Assembly: GCA_026936335.1 (NCBI GenBank)
Contig: JAPMXV010000034.1
Coordinates: 124,001 to 188,000, forward strand
DNA: 64,000 nt
Source of the DNA: Mantamonas sphyraenae STR306
Lineage: Eukaryota; Protista; CRuMs
Direction of reading: 5' to 3'
Shown here in pieces: positions 40,611 through 56,360 of the stretch (positions within the stretch are counted from its first letter, which is position 1; every line of letters starts with the position of its first letter). A model generated the notes under the pieces. The model worked only from the letters and a program-made list of their open reading frames with translations, did no database searches and was not told the DNA's origin. A program made the position numbers and the translations under genes.

Positions 40611-42531
40611 TCACAAGTGTTGCTCAATCACACCCAAGCCGGTACGGCGCGGTTTGGCCTTGCTGGCCGAGCCCGGGGTCAAACTAGCGCCCGGTTGCCG
40701 CGTGCCTGACGTAAAGATGGCCTGTTTGTCCACAGATACCTCGCGCACAGGCGGCACATACTGATAGTCACGCACGAGGATGAGGAAGAACAACAGAAAG
40801 AGGCCCATGAGGCCGGCAAAGAAGAAAAACTCGAAACTCTGGCTCTTGAACTTGATGTCCGCCACAATGGCTACAATGAGGTTTCCGATGGCTGTGGTGA
40901 GCAAAAAGGCGGCCATGACGACCGACTTCATGGACGAGGGCGCCTGGGAGTACGCAAATTCGAGGCCCGTGATGCTGACCAGGATTTCGCCAATGGTCAT
41001 CAGCAGGTACTGAGGCACTTGCCAGGTGACATGCACATGGCCCGGCGCCGCATCGATGGCCAATTGAACCAGACCCGCAGTGACAAAGGCAGCGGAGCAG
41101 AAAACCATGCCCACACTCATACGTTGGAGCGGGCGCAGCTTGAGACCCAGCGAACGCAGACCAGGGTAAATGAAGCGCTCAAACACGGGGATGAGCACAA
41201 TGAGCATCATGGGATTCATCATGGGCACCTGGTCCGGGTGGATGCGAGCCTTGCCAAAGGTACGATCCATGTGGTCGGCCTGAAACACCCAGCGTGATGC
41301 ATGCTGATCGTACAGAGCCCAGAAGATGGGTAGCGGGATAAAGACCTTGAGGACGCCCAGGACGATCTTGACGTCGTCGACGGTCTCGTCTGTGAAATCG
41401 CCACGGGCTGCGTCGACCCACGTCTCCCTGGTGAGGGCAGTGGTGACAGGCTCACGGTTGGGATTCTTGCTGTTGCGCCACGCTGTGCGGATGACATTCC
41501 AGACGGTGGAAAGGACGTGGCCGCCAGGGGGCACGTTGACATAGGTCCGCCTGCCCAGCCACAGCACAAAGGTGCTGACCACCAGCAAGACGGCAGGCAC
41601 GGAAAAGGCAAAGGCGTAGCTGACCGAACTGCGCAGGATGGGAGTGACAAAGGTGGACGCCAGCGAGCCGAGGTTGATCATAAAGTAGAACACGGCAAAC
41701 ATGGTTGGGATGAGGTGTGCCTGGGACGATGCAACCTGGTCACCCATAAAGGAGCTGGTACACGGTTTGATGCCGCCTGTGCCGATGGCAATGAGCAGCA
41801 AACCGATGCCGACGCCCCACAGCGAAGGCGGATTGCCGCTAAAGCCCGGGATGGCCGTCACCGCCACGACGATGTTACCCATGATGTAGATGAGCGACAG
41901 GTACAGAATGGTTTTGTACTTGCCTGTGTGTATGGGACCATGGGGCAATGCAGTGTGTGAGCAAGCGGCATTGCGGGACAAACACGCCGGGCAGGAACCG
42001 GGAGGGGAACGGCGCTGGCCGCCCGACGACTGACCCCATTTGGCATCCGAGAGCCAACCGCCAAAGAGCGGGAAGGAATACGAGACAAAAATGAAGGAGT
42101 GGAGCACGATTGTGGCGTGGTCCTCTGTCAGACCCAGCTGCCTGTGCAGATACAGGGCGAGGATCGCCTTCATGCCGTAGAAGGAGAAGCGCTCGCAAAA
42201 CTCGTTGCCCACGATGTAGTACTGGGGTTGAACCCAGCACACGCGGCACAATGATGGTGTGGGTTGGTGTGAGAACAGGTGGGCAAGTGCGTTGGGGCCA
42301 GAAAAGGCAGGCAAGACGCAAATACAAGGGCTCTGCCAAGTGGGAACGCACGCCGCGTCACCGGCACCCACAACTCACCACAGCACGCGGGATTTCGTCC
42401 CGCTTGTGCCGGTCGCGTGAATCCTGAGTGTCTGCATACTGGACGAGCCGTGTGCCGACGTCTGCGTCGTAGTCGTCGTCCAGGTCGTCCAATGGCAAGC
42501 CCGAACCGCGTGGGGCAAACGAGGATGACAT
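40611..42531 (-). CDS. Proton-coupled oligopeptide transporter (POT/SLC15, PepT1/2-like), 3 exons
   Basis: NEFCERFSFYGM (ExxERF), GTGGIKPC, FYFMINLGSL, FWALYDQ, TGLEFAYSQAP. Confidence 0.95.
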
Positions 42532-42723
42532 GAGCGGACCAACAAAGATGTGGTGACACCGGAGCACTGCGAGAAGCACGGAGGACAGGGGATTGGACCA
42601 ATGTGGATTGCACCAACGTACAACCTGTGCACACAGCGCGGATCGGGACAAGGAGAACACGAGAGATGGTTTGTTGTTGCGTTTTTGCCACGTACTGCAC
42701 CCGATTGCAGTCCTGTGTTTTGC

Positions 42724-45899
<3,176 letters not shown>

Positions 45900-46245
45900 G
45901 ATGGTTAGAGCAATGGGGGCGCTGTGGCAGGAAAGAAAACCTCGAATTTTCGCGTGTGAGTTTCAGGCGGGAGCTGCACGGGAGAACATGCATGGATGGG
46001 TTGGATCCTTCGAAGCCGGTCTAGGATGCACCTGCCAGACCCCTCACAGGGCTGGAAGTGGCCTGCACATGACTTTGCCGGTCAAAGTGGATCCGAGAAC
46101 ACGCGCACAGCGCGATCTGCGTTCGGTAGGGACGCTGCATCCTTTGGTTGCTCGCAACCTCGTGGGTGTGGCGAAAACAGACCACCGCGGACATTCTATG
46201 CCGCTAGCCGCAAGGCGTCCGGGCACGTGTGTGCGGGCGCAGGCA

Positions 46246-46270
46246 GCGGGAAAGCGTTTTGGCGCCAAAA
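46246..46270. promoter_or_regulatory. Tandem E2F-type sites upstream of the CDK gene
   Basis: GCGGGAAA at 46246-46253 and the perfect palindrome TTTTGGCGCCAAAA at 46257-46270 match the TTTSSCGC consensus. Confidence 0.6.
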
Positions 46271-46487
46271 TCGCGCGCCGGAAAAAAGCGCGAGAGGGCC
46301 AGGTGATCAGAGCAGAATTGCCCAGGTCCGCCGCCGTCCATGTAGAGGGTGTGGGCAGACGCGAGCACAGTGTGTGCGTGGTGGCAGAGTGTGCTGACAC
46401 GGTAGTCGCATGTACCGGATGACACCACGGTTCTGCGTGGCTGTGGGGCGCCGGAACGGGCGCTTTGCGTGCACGCCGTGCAGACCG

Positions 46488-47498
46488 ATGATCAAGTACC
46501 GCAAGATCGAGAAAATCGGGGAGGGGGCCTATGGCGTGGTGTACAAAGCCAAGTGTGTGCAGTCGGACGAGGTGGTGGCGCTGAAGAAGATCCGGTTGGA
46601 CACCAACGACGAAGACGGCGTGCCGTCGACAGCCATCCGCGAGGTGGCGCTGCTGAAGGAGCTGCAGCACCAAAACGTGGTCGGTCTCCGCGACGTCATC
46701 CACAACGAGAACAAGCTGTACCTTGTGTTTGAGCATCTGGATCAGGACCTGAAGCAGTACATGGACAAGACGTCCAGCATCCCCAGCGCAACCGTCAAGG
46801 TAGGGAGGAGCGATGATCAGGAACCGCAAAATGCCACCGAAAACCCGCAAACACAACGGACGCACATGCTCACATGACCCCACGCACACACACGTGGTAC
46901 CCCACCCCGCCACCCGCTCTCTCCAACACAGCGCTTCCTCTTTCAATTATTGCGAGGTGTGGCCTTTTGCCACAGCCACCGCGTGCTGCATCGGGACCTT
47001 AAGCCCCAAAACCTTCTGATCAACGAAGACGGTACGCTGAAGCTGGCTGACTTTGGCCTGGCGCGCGCTTTTGGCATCCCTGTGCGCACATACACGCATG
47101 AGGTGGTGACGCTGTGGTATCGAGCGCCAGAGGTGTTGCTGGGCTCCAAACACTACTCCACAGCGCTGGACGTGTGGTCCATCGGCTGCATCTTTGCAGA
47201 GATGGTCAGGCGCACTCCTCTTTTCTCTGGCGACAGCGAGATTGACCAGCTGTTTCGCATCTTCCGCACTCTGGGCACTCCTAACGAAGACGTATGGCCG
47301 GGTGTCACCAAGCTGCCTGACTTTAACCAGGACTATCCCAACTTCCGGCCCCAGTCCCTTTCCAAAACCGTGTCCGACCTCGATGATACGGGCATCGACC
47401 TTCTCCAGTCTATGCTTGTCTACGAGCCGCGCAAGCGCATTTCCGCCAAGCGGGCTTTGCTCCACCCCTACTTTGACGACATCCGCGACGAAGAGTGA
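46488..47498 (+). CDS. Cyclin-dependent kinase, CDK1/2 (PSTAIRE) class, 2 coding exons
   Basis: [65 protein letters not shown]. Intron 46800-~46931. Confidence 0.96.
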
Positions 47499-47546
47499 CA
47501 ACACTGCGCACTACAATGTACATAGCGACGGTTTTGAAAATCAGAA

Positions 47547-48783
47547 CACACGTTGACGTTCATTCAATTCAGGCAGCCTTCTGTGCCTCCTTGGCCAGAA
47601 GCTTGTTGCGCTTCACGTTGTGCTTCTTGGCGAAGCGCAGGTTGCGCAGGAACTTCGGGTCCATCCCCTTCAGCGGGGTCTGGCGCTTGCGCTGCGGCTT
47701 CTTGATGCCGTTGCGGTGCGCCTTGTACGTCTGGTTATGAGCCGTGTGGTTCTTGGACTTGGCCATCCTTGATCTGTTCCGTCAGTCGCCACACAAGCGT
47801 ACACGTCAACCACCAAATCGTGTGTCAGTGTTCCACCCCTCCCAATCACACTCATCCCCACACATGCATACACACACACACACACACCAGCACAGGCTCT
47901 GGGAAACACGCCACAACCCCCGCTTCCAAACACGCCCAGCCGATTCCCGTCCCAGCCCCCATCCTCCTTTGTCCACCCTTTCCGTCTTCCCATGCCACCC
48001 CTCCTCCCTGGAACGCGACCCCCCACACCGGCCCATCCACCCCCTCTGTCCCATCCACCTCTTCCTCCCCCCACGCCACCCACCCGACCGCCAAAAAGCT
48101 CGGCCCCGCCCATGCAACGCCCCAAATTCCTCCTCTCCCGTTCCTTTCCCCGCCCCTTTTCCCCTTTCACTCCCCTCCACACCCTTACTCTCACACCCCA
48201 TCCTCTTCTCCATCCACCCCTCTTTCCCACACATCCCTCCACAACCACTCCCTGCTTTCCAATCCCCCGCAAACCCGTCCTCCTTTCCCTTTCTCTCTCG
48301 CTCCCCCTCCACCTTTGCCCCGTTCCACCCAAAACCCTCTCCCCATCCTTCACTCTCGCCTGCCCATCATCCACCACACCACCCATTCCCCTCCCATCCT
48401 CCTTTTCCCTGTTCTCCCCCATCCGTTTCCTCCTATCCTCCTCTCTACCCTCCCACATCCTCCGCCAAAGTCCACCCCTCTCGCATGCATCACCCGCAAA
48501 ACCCGTCATCCGCCGCCCAGAATCCACCTCCACCACCGCCCACCATCACATCCACACGCACATTCCAACCACATCTCCATGCACACACATTCACACATCC
48601 CCTCTCTTTATCCTTGCTCTCATCTTGCAACCTACGAGTGGTGTTTTCGCTGTCTGCACACTCGCACTCCTCCCTGCACACCACATTCACATCTGTGCTT
48701 CTCTGTCACCCTCCCGTCTCTCCGGGGGACATGGCTCCCTCACTCCAACCCTCCCATTCACAGAGTCAACCAGTGGTTTCATT
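47547..48783. repeat. Copy 1 of a ~1.24-kb direct duplication (RPL29 plus C-rich upstream tract)
   Basis: Near-identical to 54148-55395. CDS identical; scattered SNVs and indels in the non-coding part. Confidence 0.97.
47569..47766 (-). CDS. RPL29: 60S ribosomal protein L29 (eL29), copy 1
   Basis: [24 protein letters not shown]...[19 protein letters not shown]. Confidence 0.98.
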   Translation of the reverse strand: MAKSKNHTAHNQTYKAHRNGIKKPQRKRQTPLKGMDPKFLRNLRFAKKHNVKRNKLLAKEAQKAA

Positions 48784-51700
48784 CTGATTTGGATTCCCCC
48801 GATCGTCGGCGTGGCTCGCTCTGAGGACATCCAGAGGAACACTTGCTCCTGCTGTGGAGCAGCACAAAGGTGTCTTTGTCTTCTGCACTGGGACTCGGTT
48901 CGAAATGGTACGCGTGGTCGGCGAGCTCGCGGACTGTGCGTGTGACACAGATCTGAGCGAGCGGACCGCTCGCTCGTTCGTACAAATCGGTTGCCTCGCG
49001 TTCGCTCGATCCGTACACGCTATAGCGCAGTGGGCGTAGGCGAGCAGTCATATACTCCTGTACAGGGCCCACTGCCACTCCAAAGCGCATGGTCTCGAGC
49101 AGCGACGGGACGTGGTAACGCATCTCTCCTCCGTGCGAATGAGAGTAGCCCATGTGAAGCACATCGTGCAACCTGTGCTCCAGTTGTTCGGCAGACTCTA
49201 GGCAGGCCAAGCACATGCTCAGCGTTGCCAGCACGCTGTTGATCACCTTTTGATGCGTCTTTTCGTCGTCAAGGTCCTCGTCTTCGTCATCTTCACGCAC
49301 GTCATCGCACGCGCATCCCCTGCCACACGGTTCCGAGAACGAGCGCAACAGTCCGCATGCTCCTTCGATCACATTGCCCTGTTGGTTGAGCCACTGCACG
49401 CCATACTTTTCCAAAATGGGCCGGAAGTGTTGGGTGAGCTCGTTCAGCACGTGCACCTGGGGCACAATGGGCAGGTTGGACAGCCAACGATCAAGCTCGA
49501 CTGCAGACATGACCACCACACACGCGTACTTGACCGATGGCAGGCGCCGCCGGTTCAGAGCACGCAGAAAGTGTACGGGCAACACGCTGGCCAGCAGCTC
49601 CTCGAAACTCTTTTTTTGATGCTGCAGGTTTGTCATCTGGCGGTGATTCCACAGGTCGTTCACAAAGATGAACCGATCCAGCTTCTCGTTCATCCAAGCA
49701 CGATAGCCGCCAAATCCAAGCGTGAGGATGCTCAGCATGGAAAACTTCCACAGGCCAAACGGAATGGTGGTGGTGGCCACTTCGTACGGCACATACGTAC
49801 CCAACATCATGGCCAGAGCTGTGCTGAGTACCATGGACAACGACAGGGGCACGGTGTACACAAACGTAAGCCGTGACGACTGCAGCGTGCCCATCACGAG
49901 TACCACCGATCCATACGCAAAGTTGGGGATGTGGGACAGCACCATGACTATGTTGAGCATGACATTGGTGGCCAGGAGTACCAAAAACACCATTTGCCTC
50001 CAGAACGGGTTGAACAGGCGCGGAAAGAAGGAGGCCGCCATCGCCGCCGCCAACATGATGATGGCTACGTTTACAGCCTCATGTGCGAGGTCAAGGTCAT
50101 CTTGCAGATGCGCCAGATCCTCTAGATGGGTGGCACGTGCAAGGACTTCCAACATCACATGCACCACGCCACCAAGGCTCAGCAGCAGGGCCAGGAGCAT
50201 GCGCAGGTGTGTCTTGGACCGGTTGCGTCGACGCACCACATAGTGGGCCTCGACCTCGGGCTTGCGCACAAAGCGAAGCGTCCATGCGTTGAGCAGCAAA
50301 AGGTGTTGGGGCACACTGACGACGCCGTCGCGAATCGACTCGAAGATTTGTTCGACGAATCGCCTGCGATGATAGGACGCAGGCTGTGCATGTGATGTGT
50401 ACGTGCCACCCGCCGCCGCACGTCCGTGCGCGGTGTTGGCCAGCGGAATGGCGCTTCCTTCGCCGTCCATGTCCATGTCAAACGGGGAGAGTGCCTGGCC
50501 AGGCGTGGGTGTGTGCTGACCCGTGGCCGACACCACCATTCGCCAGCCAGTCTCTTCCCAGTGCGCCTCTTCGTCCACTGACTGGTGACTGACTGCGCCT
50601 GCGTCATCTTCCTCCTCGACCACGCCGTCCCGTCCTGAACTCAGCGCCTCTGAGCCCACCAGCTCCTGCGAGACATGTGGACCTGACGAACTGAGTGTCC
50701 AACCGGCCGAGTGTGACCTGGTCATGATGTTTGCCTGTGGGTCCCATGCACCGCCTTGGAGTTGCACCGTGTGCTTCCACGGTTCGGTGTCACTCTCGTC
50801 GTCCGACGACAGGTCGTGGTCCATCATGGCAGGTCGAGCCACCGCTGGCAACGATTCCATGCTTCCCCATCGCCCCTTTCGTGGAGAGTCGGTGAGCAGA
50901 TTGTCCAGGGCCACGGCGTCTGTGTGGCGCCTCTCTCTGTCCCCACTTGGCTGTACAGGCAACATCGACGCGTCATTGGTCATGTCCGAGGGCACCCTTG
51001 CCCCTCCCGAGTGACCTGTGATTGGCGATACAGAGGAGCGAGCACCTCGGACACGCCGGGAGAAACTTGGAGAGGTGCGCGATTTTCCTTTCTTGGAAGA
51101 GCGGCCTTCTGTACTGGGTACGTGTGTCCACGTCAAAGTTGGAGGCCATGGACTCTTCCATGATTGCCCCGATGGAGGTGATGCTGCGCATGGCAGGCAG
51201 GTCGGAATGATCGTACAGGTCCACGGCGTCGGGCAGGTCTTCGGCCATCGGAGCGAAGCTGACAAATTTGCCGCCGCCTGTGGTGGATTCAGTCTCCGAG
51301 TCCATGGAACTACCGTCGTCGGGTGTGATGTCGTCTGTGCTGGTGCTCACCATGCCCGATTCGTTCCCTGGCGACTCCAGGGTCTGAGAGTGACCGGAAC
51401 CACCTCCGGTGCGTTCGCGCACAAAGTCGTGCAGCTGGAAACAGTCCAGGGTGAGGTCTGACGAGAGGTATTCGGCGCCCTGGTGGAGCACAGTGCGTGG
51501 CAGTTCAAACACAGAGGTGCGGTAGCGTCCACGAAGCAACTCGTGTGTGGTGGCAGACACGACGCAGTTGTTTTCTGGAGCAAAATCGGCGAGCTGATTG
51601 GCGGTGGACAGGACTGGACCCCACGCATCGTACGTGAGTGAGCTCCAGCCCAAGACGCCTGTGTAGACAGTACCCGAGTGCAGACCAATGCGAAATGAAA

Positions 51701-53176
51701 AGTGCGGATCTTCGGACTCTTGCAGGCGTCGAAGCTTTCGAACGAGGCGCAGCGCGCAATTCGCGGCCGTCAAAGCGTGGGTGGTCTGCACGACAGGCAG
51801 TCCACTTGCACCCACGACACGCACGCTGGATGCACTGATGCGTTCCACATCAAACTCTCGGAAAACCTTGCCGATTTGCATGACGCACCTCATATGGGCG
51901 AGTAGATTTTCCTGTAGCGAGCTCGTCCTTGTCTCTGTGAGAGCAACGGTGATCACCTGTGCCACGGCCCAGTGGAGTGAACGAGTCAGTGACTGCACAT
52001 GACGGTGACACGCATGTGCGTGCGGCTCACCACGTGCTGCACACGGCGCCAGGCGGACAAGGGACAACGGAGAAAAAACTTCTGCAGGCGAGCGAGTTGG
52101 GGAGAAAAAAACACACGCGGAGGTGGGCGGCCGAAAGCAAAGGGTCGTCCAGAAAGTGATGCTCTGGGCTGGAAACTCACCGTGACCTGTGTTTGCACTG
52201 TGCCCAGATATCCTGGGTCGTCCAGGAGCTTGGCAATCTCTTGATGTGGCAGAATTCGCTCCACAAGTTCTGTGCTCATCTGCTTCTGCTCGTTGACGTC
52301 GTCGCGCGCCTGCACCATGGCCTTGGTGACCAGAACGGCTCGCTTGCTGGCCAGCTCTTCAAAGTAGCGTGCAAACAGAAGAAGCGACGTCCACGCGAGC
52401 ACCGCACTGCTCGTCTGGGTGTACCTGTAATCCTCGTGGAACACGGCAAAGTAAACGCCGACGAAAAGAGCGTGCATCGTGACGGAGAAGATCCAGGCAA
52501 AGGTGTAATACCACCGGTGGTGTACAAGCACAGTAAACATAAGTAACACGGCGCTGATTTCCACCTGGTAGAGCACCGGGGCGTCGACGAGCATCTCTAC
52601 AAACAGGAAAGTGTGCACCGTCACAAATGCCCACAAAACGAGTGCCGTGCGGGATCGCATTTCGTAGTCATGCATCAAAGTGAGCACATACACCAGCGAT
52701 AGCGAAAGCAGCAACGTGATGGCACCCACGATCATGCGGAGGGCCCAGAAACTGCGCAGAGCCGGGTACAACGCGAAATGCGCGTACGAATCCACCACGG
52801 AATAGGATATAATAAACAAGCCCATGGCAACAATGGCCTTGCGGGCCAGTTGCCAATCGGCGCGGATCCACTGCGTCTTCCAGTACCACTCCTCTTGCTG
52901 TTGGTCTTTGAACGCGAGTGAACGCAGATTGATGTGCTCTCGCAGCACAGTGGCCTCTTCAGCCTCGGCCACCGCCATACTGTCCTGTTGCAGCGCCGTC
53001 ACACGCTTCGATGTGTCATGTGTGGCCGTGATTGCGCTGCCTTCAAGCCCCTGCAGCGAACCAGACGACCTCCGTTCCAACTCGAAGGCCTCGATGCGAC
53101 TCGCAAACACAAAGTCTGCGAGGTGCTCCTCGACCAAAGCGTTCCGGGTGGCCACCCCTGCACGGGGCAAAGACAT
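48779..53176 (-). CDS. Membrane class III nucleotidyl cyclase-like protein (6TM-C1-6TM-C2), catalytically degenerate; one apparent frameshift
   Basis: Two hydrophobic blocks, each followed by a helical LVERILP or LLASVLP. C1: RIGLHSGTVYTGVLG..YDAWG. C2: MRFGVAVGPV..RYSVYG. Intron 52180-51957; frame break ~51124. Confidence 0.82.
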
Positions 53177-53262
53177 GCTTGGCGAGTGCGCTTGTGACGT
53201 GACGGATTGTGTTGGGGGGAACCGCGCCAAACCCGGGCCAGCCAACGAAATCGCTACACACG

Positions 53263-54099
53263 ATGGTAGGAGAGTGGCCCGGAGAAGCCTCGTGTGTGTC
53301 GTTGCTGCTCACTTTGTTACCTTTCCACTTTCCACCGCACAGTTTGACAAGAACGGAGTCTGTTCGCCCACATTCATGCGCGACGCAGGCGGGTACATTG
53401 CCGGCGTGGTGGTAGGTGACTCGCGTAGCGCCCTCGTTTTGTGCACATGTCCACTGACACACAGACACGGGCTCACCGTTTGGTGCACACACCTGTTTTC
53501 TGCAATGTGTGTGTGCTCGTCAACCTCCTGTGATGCACAGTTTGGCGTTGCGTGGTGGTTGTTCATCGGTGCGTGCTTGCGTTTCCCACTGCTTCTGTGC
53601 GTTTGCCCTGTGCTCACACCGCCTGCTCCTGCCCACAGACGGCGCCGTGTACGCTGACAAGACCAACGACCCGCGTTTGTTTGTATTTGGCTTCTATGTG
53701 CCCGGGTTTGTGGCCACCATTGGCCTTGTGATGTGGGTTTGGAGCGACGTTTTCCCTTGGCAACTGCCGCCAGCGCGCCTTTCCCACCGTCTCTGACACG
53801 CTCGTGTGCCGCTGCCTCTCTGCAGGGTCAACATGCTCCCGTGGCGTTCGCTGTATGACACACAAACACAAGCACGCGCACGTATCTGGCTGCTTTTTGC
53901 CTTTCTCGTCAGTTTGGGCCCTGTCGTCGCCGCCTTTTGGATCTATGCCGACCTGTACGCAAACCCGGCCCAGCCCATCCAACCCGCCTCTCAGTATCCG
54001 GGTCTCGCCATTGTACTTCAAAACATCCTCATCTTTGTCGCCACCCTCATCTACCGCTTTGGCCCTGCCAAGGAAGAGGAGGAGTTTGGCGCCTTTTAG
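53263..54099 (+). CDS. TMEM50/Vps68 (UPF0220) membrane protein, 5 exons
   Basis: ATG-only exon, then YIAGVVFGVAWWLFIDG, YVPGFVATIGLVMVN, ARIWLL and YPGLAIVLQNILIF. Confidence 0.9.
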
Positions 54100-54147
54100 G
54101 GAGTGCAAGTGCACACACCTTTCAATGAACAACAGAGCACATTGGGT

Positions 54148-55395
54148 CACACGTTGACGTTCATTCAATTCAGGCAGCCTTCTGTGCCTCCTTGGCCAGA
54201 AGCTTGTTGCGCTTCACGTTGTGCTTCTTGGCGAAGCGCAGGTTGCGCAGGAACTTCGGGTCCATCCCCTTCAGCGGGGTCTGGCGCTTGCGCTGCGGCT
54301 TCTTGATGCCGTTGCGGTGCGCCTTGTACGTCTGGTTATGAGCCGTGTGGTTCTTGGACTTGGCCATCCTTGATCTGTTCCGTCAGTCGCCACACAAGCG
54401 TACACGTCAACCACCAAATCGTGTGTCAGTGTTCCACCCCTCCCAATCACACTCATCCCCACACATGCACACACACACACACACACACACACAGCACAGG
54501 CTCAGGGAAACACGCCACAACCCCCGCTTCCAAATTCCAAACACGCCCAACCGATTCCCGTCCCAGCCCCCATCCTCCTTTGTCCACCCTTTCCGTCTTC
54601 CCATGCCACCCCTCCTCCCTGGAACGCGACCCCCCACACCGGCCCATCCACCCCCTCTGTCCCATCCACCTCTTCCTCCCCCCACGCCACCCACCCGACC
54701 GCCAAAAAGCTCGGCCCCGCCCATGCAACGCCCCAAATTCCTCCTCTCCCGTTCCTTTCCCCGCCCCTTTTCCCCTTTCACTCCCCTCCACACCCTTACT
54801 CACACACCCCATCCTCTTCTCCATCCACCCCTCTTTCCCACACATCCCTCCACAACCACTCCCTGCTTTCCAATCCCCCGCAAACCCGTCCTCCCTTCCC
54901 TTTCTCTCTCGCTCCCCCTCCACCTTTGCCCCGTTCACCCAAAACCCTCTCCCCATCCTTCACTCTCGCCTGCCCATCATCCACCACACCACCCATTCCC
55001 CTCCCATCCTCCTTTTCCCTGCTCTCCCCCATCCGTTTCCTCCTATCCTCCTCTCTACCCTCCCACATCCTCCGCCAAAGTCCACCCCTCTCGCATGCAT
55101 CACCCGCAAAACCCGTCATCCGCCTCCCAGAATCCACCTCCACCACCGCCCACCATCACATCCACACGCACATTCCAACCACTTCTCCATGCACACACAT
55201 TCACACATCCCCTCTCTTTATCCTTGCTCTCATCTTGCAACCTACGAGTGGTGTTTTCGCTGTCTGCACACTCGCACTCCTCCCTGCACACCACATTCAC
55301 ATCTGTGCTTCTCTGTCACCCTCCCGTCTCCCCGGGGGACATGGCTCCCTCACAAGCCAACCCTCCCATTCACAGAGTCAACCAGTGGTTTCATT
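54148..55395. repeat. Copy 2 of the ~1.24-kb direct duplication
   Basis: Runs CACACGTTGACG...CAGTGGTTTCATT, shared with 47547-48783. Confidence 0.97.
54170..54367 (-). CDS. RPL29: 60S ribosomal protein L29 (eL29), copy 2
   Basis: Identical translation to copy 1. Confidence 0.98.
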   Translation of the reverse strand: MAKSKNHTAHNQTYKAHRNGIKKPQRKRQTPLKGMDPKFLRNLRFAKKHNVKRNKLLAKEAQKAA

Positions 55396-55433
55396 TGAAC
55401 AATCCGTCGCCGCCCGTGCGGCAACGGACGCGC

Positions 55434-56315
55434 TCACGTGAACTGCTTGCCTGAACAGGGCCCACCTTCGCTAAAGTGGCCGCTGTCGTAGCGACCGTTG
55501 CACAGCCAGCAAAACTCAAACTTGCAGTTGCGGCAGGTCATGTGGTTGCACCCGCCGTTCTTTTCAATGTTCGCCTTGCACTTGGGACACGTCTTGGTGT
55601 TCTCCTGGGCCCACTTCTTCCACAGGTCGTCTTCGTTGTCGTTGAGCTCCTTCCACTCGGCGTACTGCGCACATGTGAGGTCGTTGTGCCACTCGACGTC
55701 GCATTTGGAACAAAACGCGTACTCGCAGGCGTCGCACACGGCCATGGGGTTGCCTGGGCGCAGTCCCATCGCATTGCCACATCCCTTTGTGCACCACACA
55801 ATCGATGCGTCCTTGTCGATGGTTCGGTTGAGCAGGAAGCGCTCGTAGCGAGCAAATGTTTCCTCCTCGCTGACCTGCTTCACCTCGTCGTACGTCAGCA
55901 CCTGCTTGCAGTTTGAACTGGGGCACTCAATGTCCACCTGGCCCTCCTCCACCATCACGCGTACGTTTTCGCGCACACAGTCCAGACAGAATTTGTGGTA
56001 GCAGCCGTCGATGATGTACAGCTCCTCCACAGTCAGGTCGTCCATGCACACGCTGCACTCGTACGTCTTTTCCTGCAGCGCCTTTTCACGTTCCAGTCGT
56101 TCCCTCTCCAACATCTGCTTGACCACAAGCTCGTCTTGCTTGGCCTGAATCGCTCGTTCGCGCATCTCCTTTTCCTCCATCTCCAGCATCTTGATGTACG
56201 AGTCGGTCAGCTCTCGGATGCGCTGTTCCTCCTCCTGCTTGGTCAGCAGCTTCTTGACCTTGTCCACATCCTCGATGCTCCGCTGCGTCTGAAGGCGGCC
56301 GCCGCCATTCCCGCC

Positions 56316-56360
<45 letters not shown>

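Noticed and set aside
46050-46210. RNase P/MRP RNA (AGTGGC could pair with GCCGCT as P4)
   Set aside because: CR-I and CR-V spacing and consensus do not fit; kept only as an unidentified structured-RNA candidate.
47670-48945. Long Pro/His-rich and Gly/Arg-rich ORFs in several frames (also 54345-55454)
   Set aside because: A by-product of the C-rich tract lacking stops; indels between the two copies shift the frames freely.
47547-55395. LTR retrotransposon (long direct repeats around 5.4 kb)
   Set aside because: The repeats are RPL29 cassettes. No TG..CA ends, PBS, gag/pol or target-site duplication; the interior holds cellular genes.
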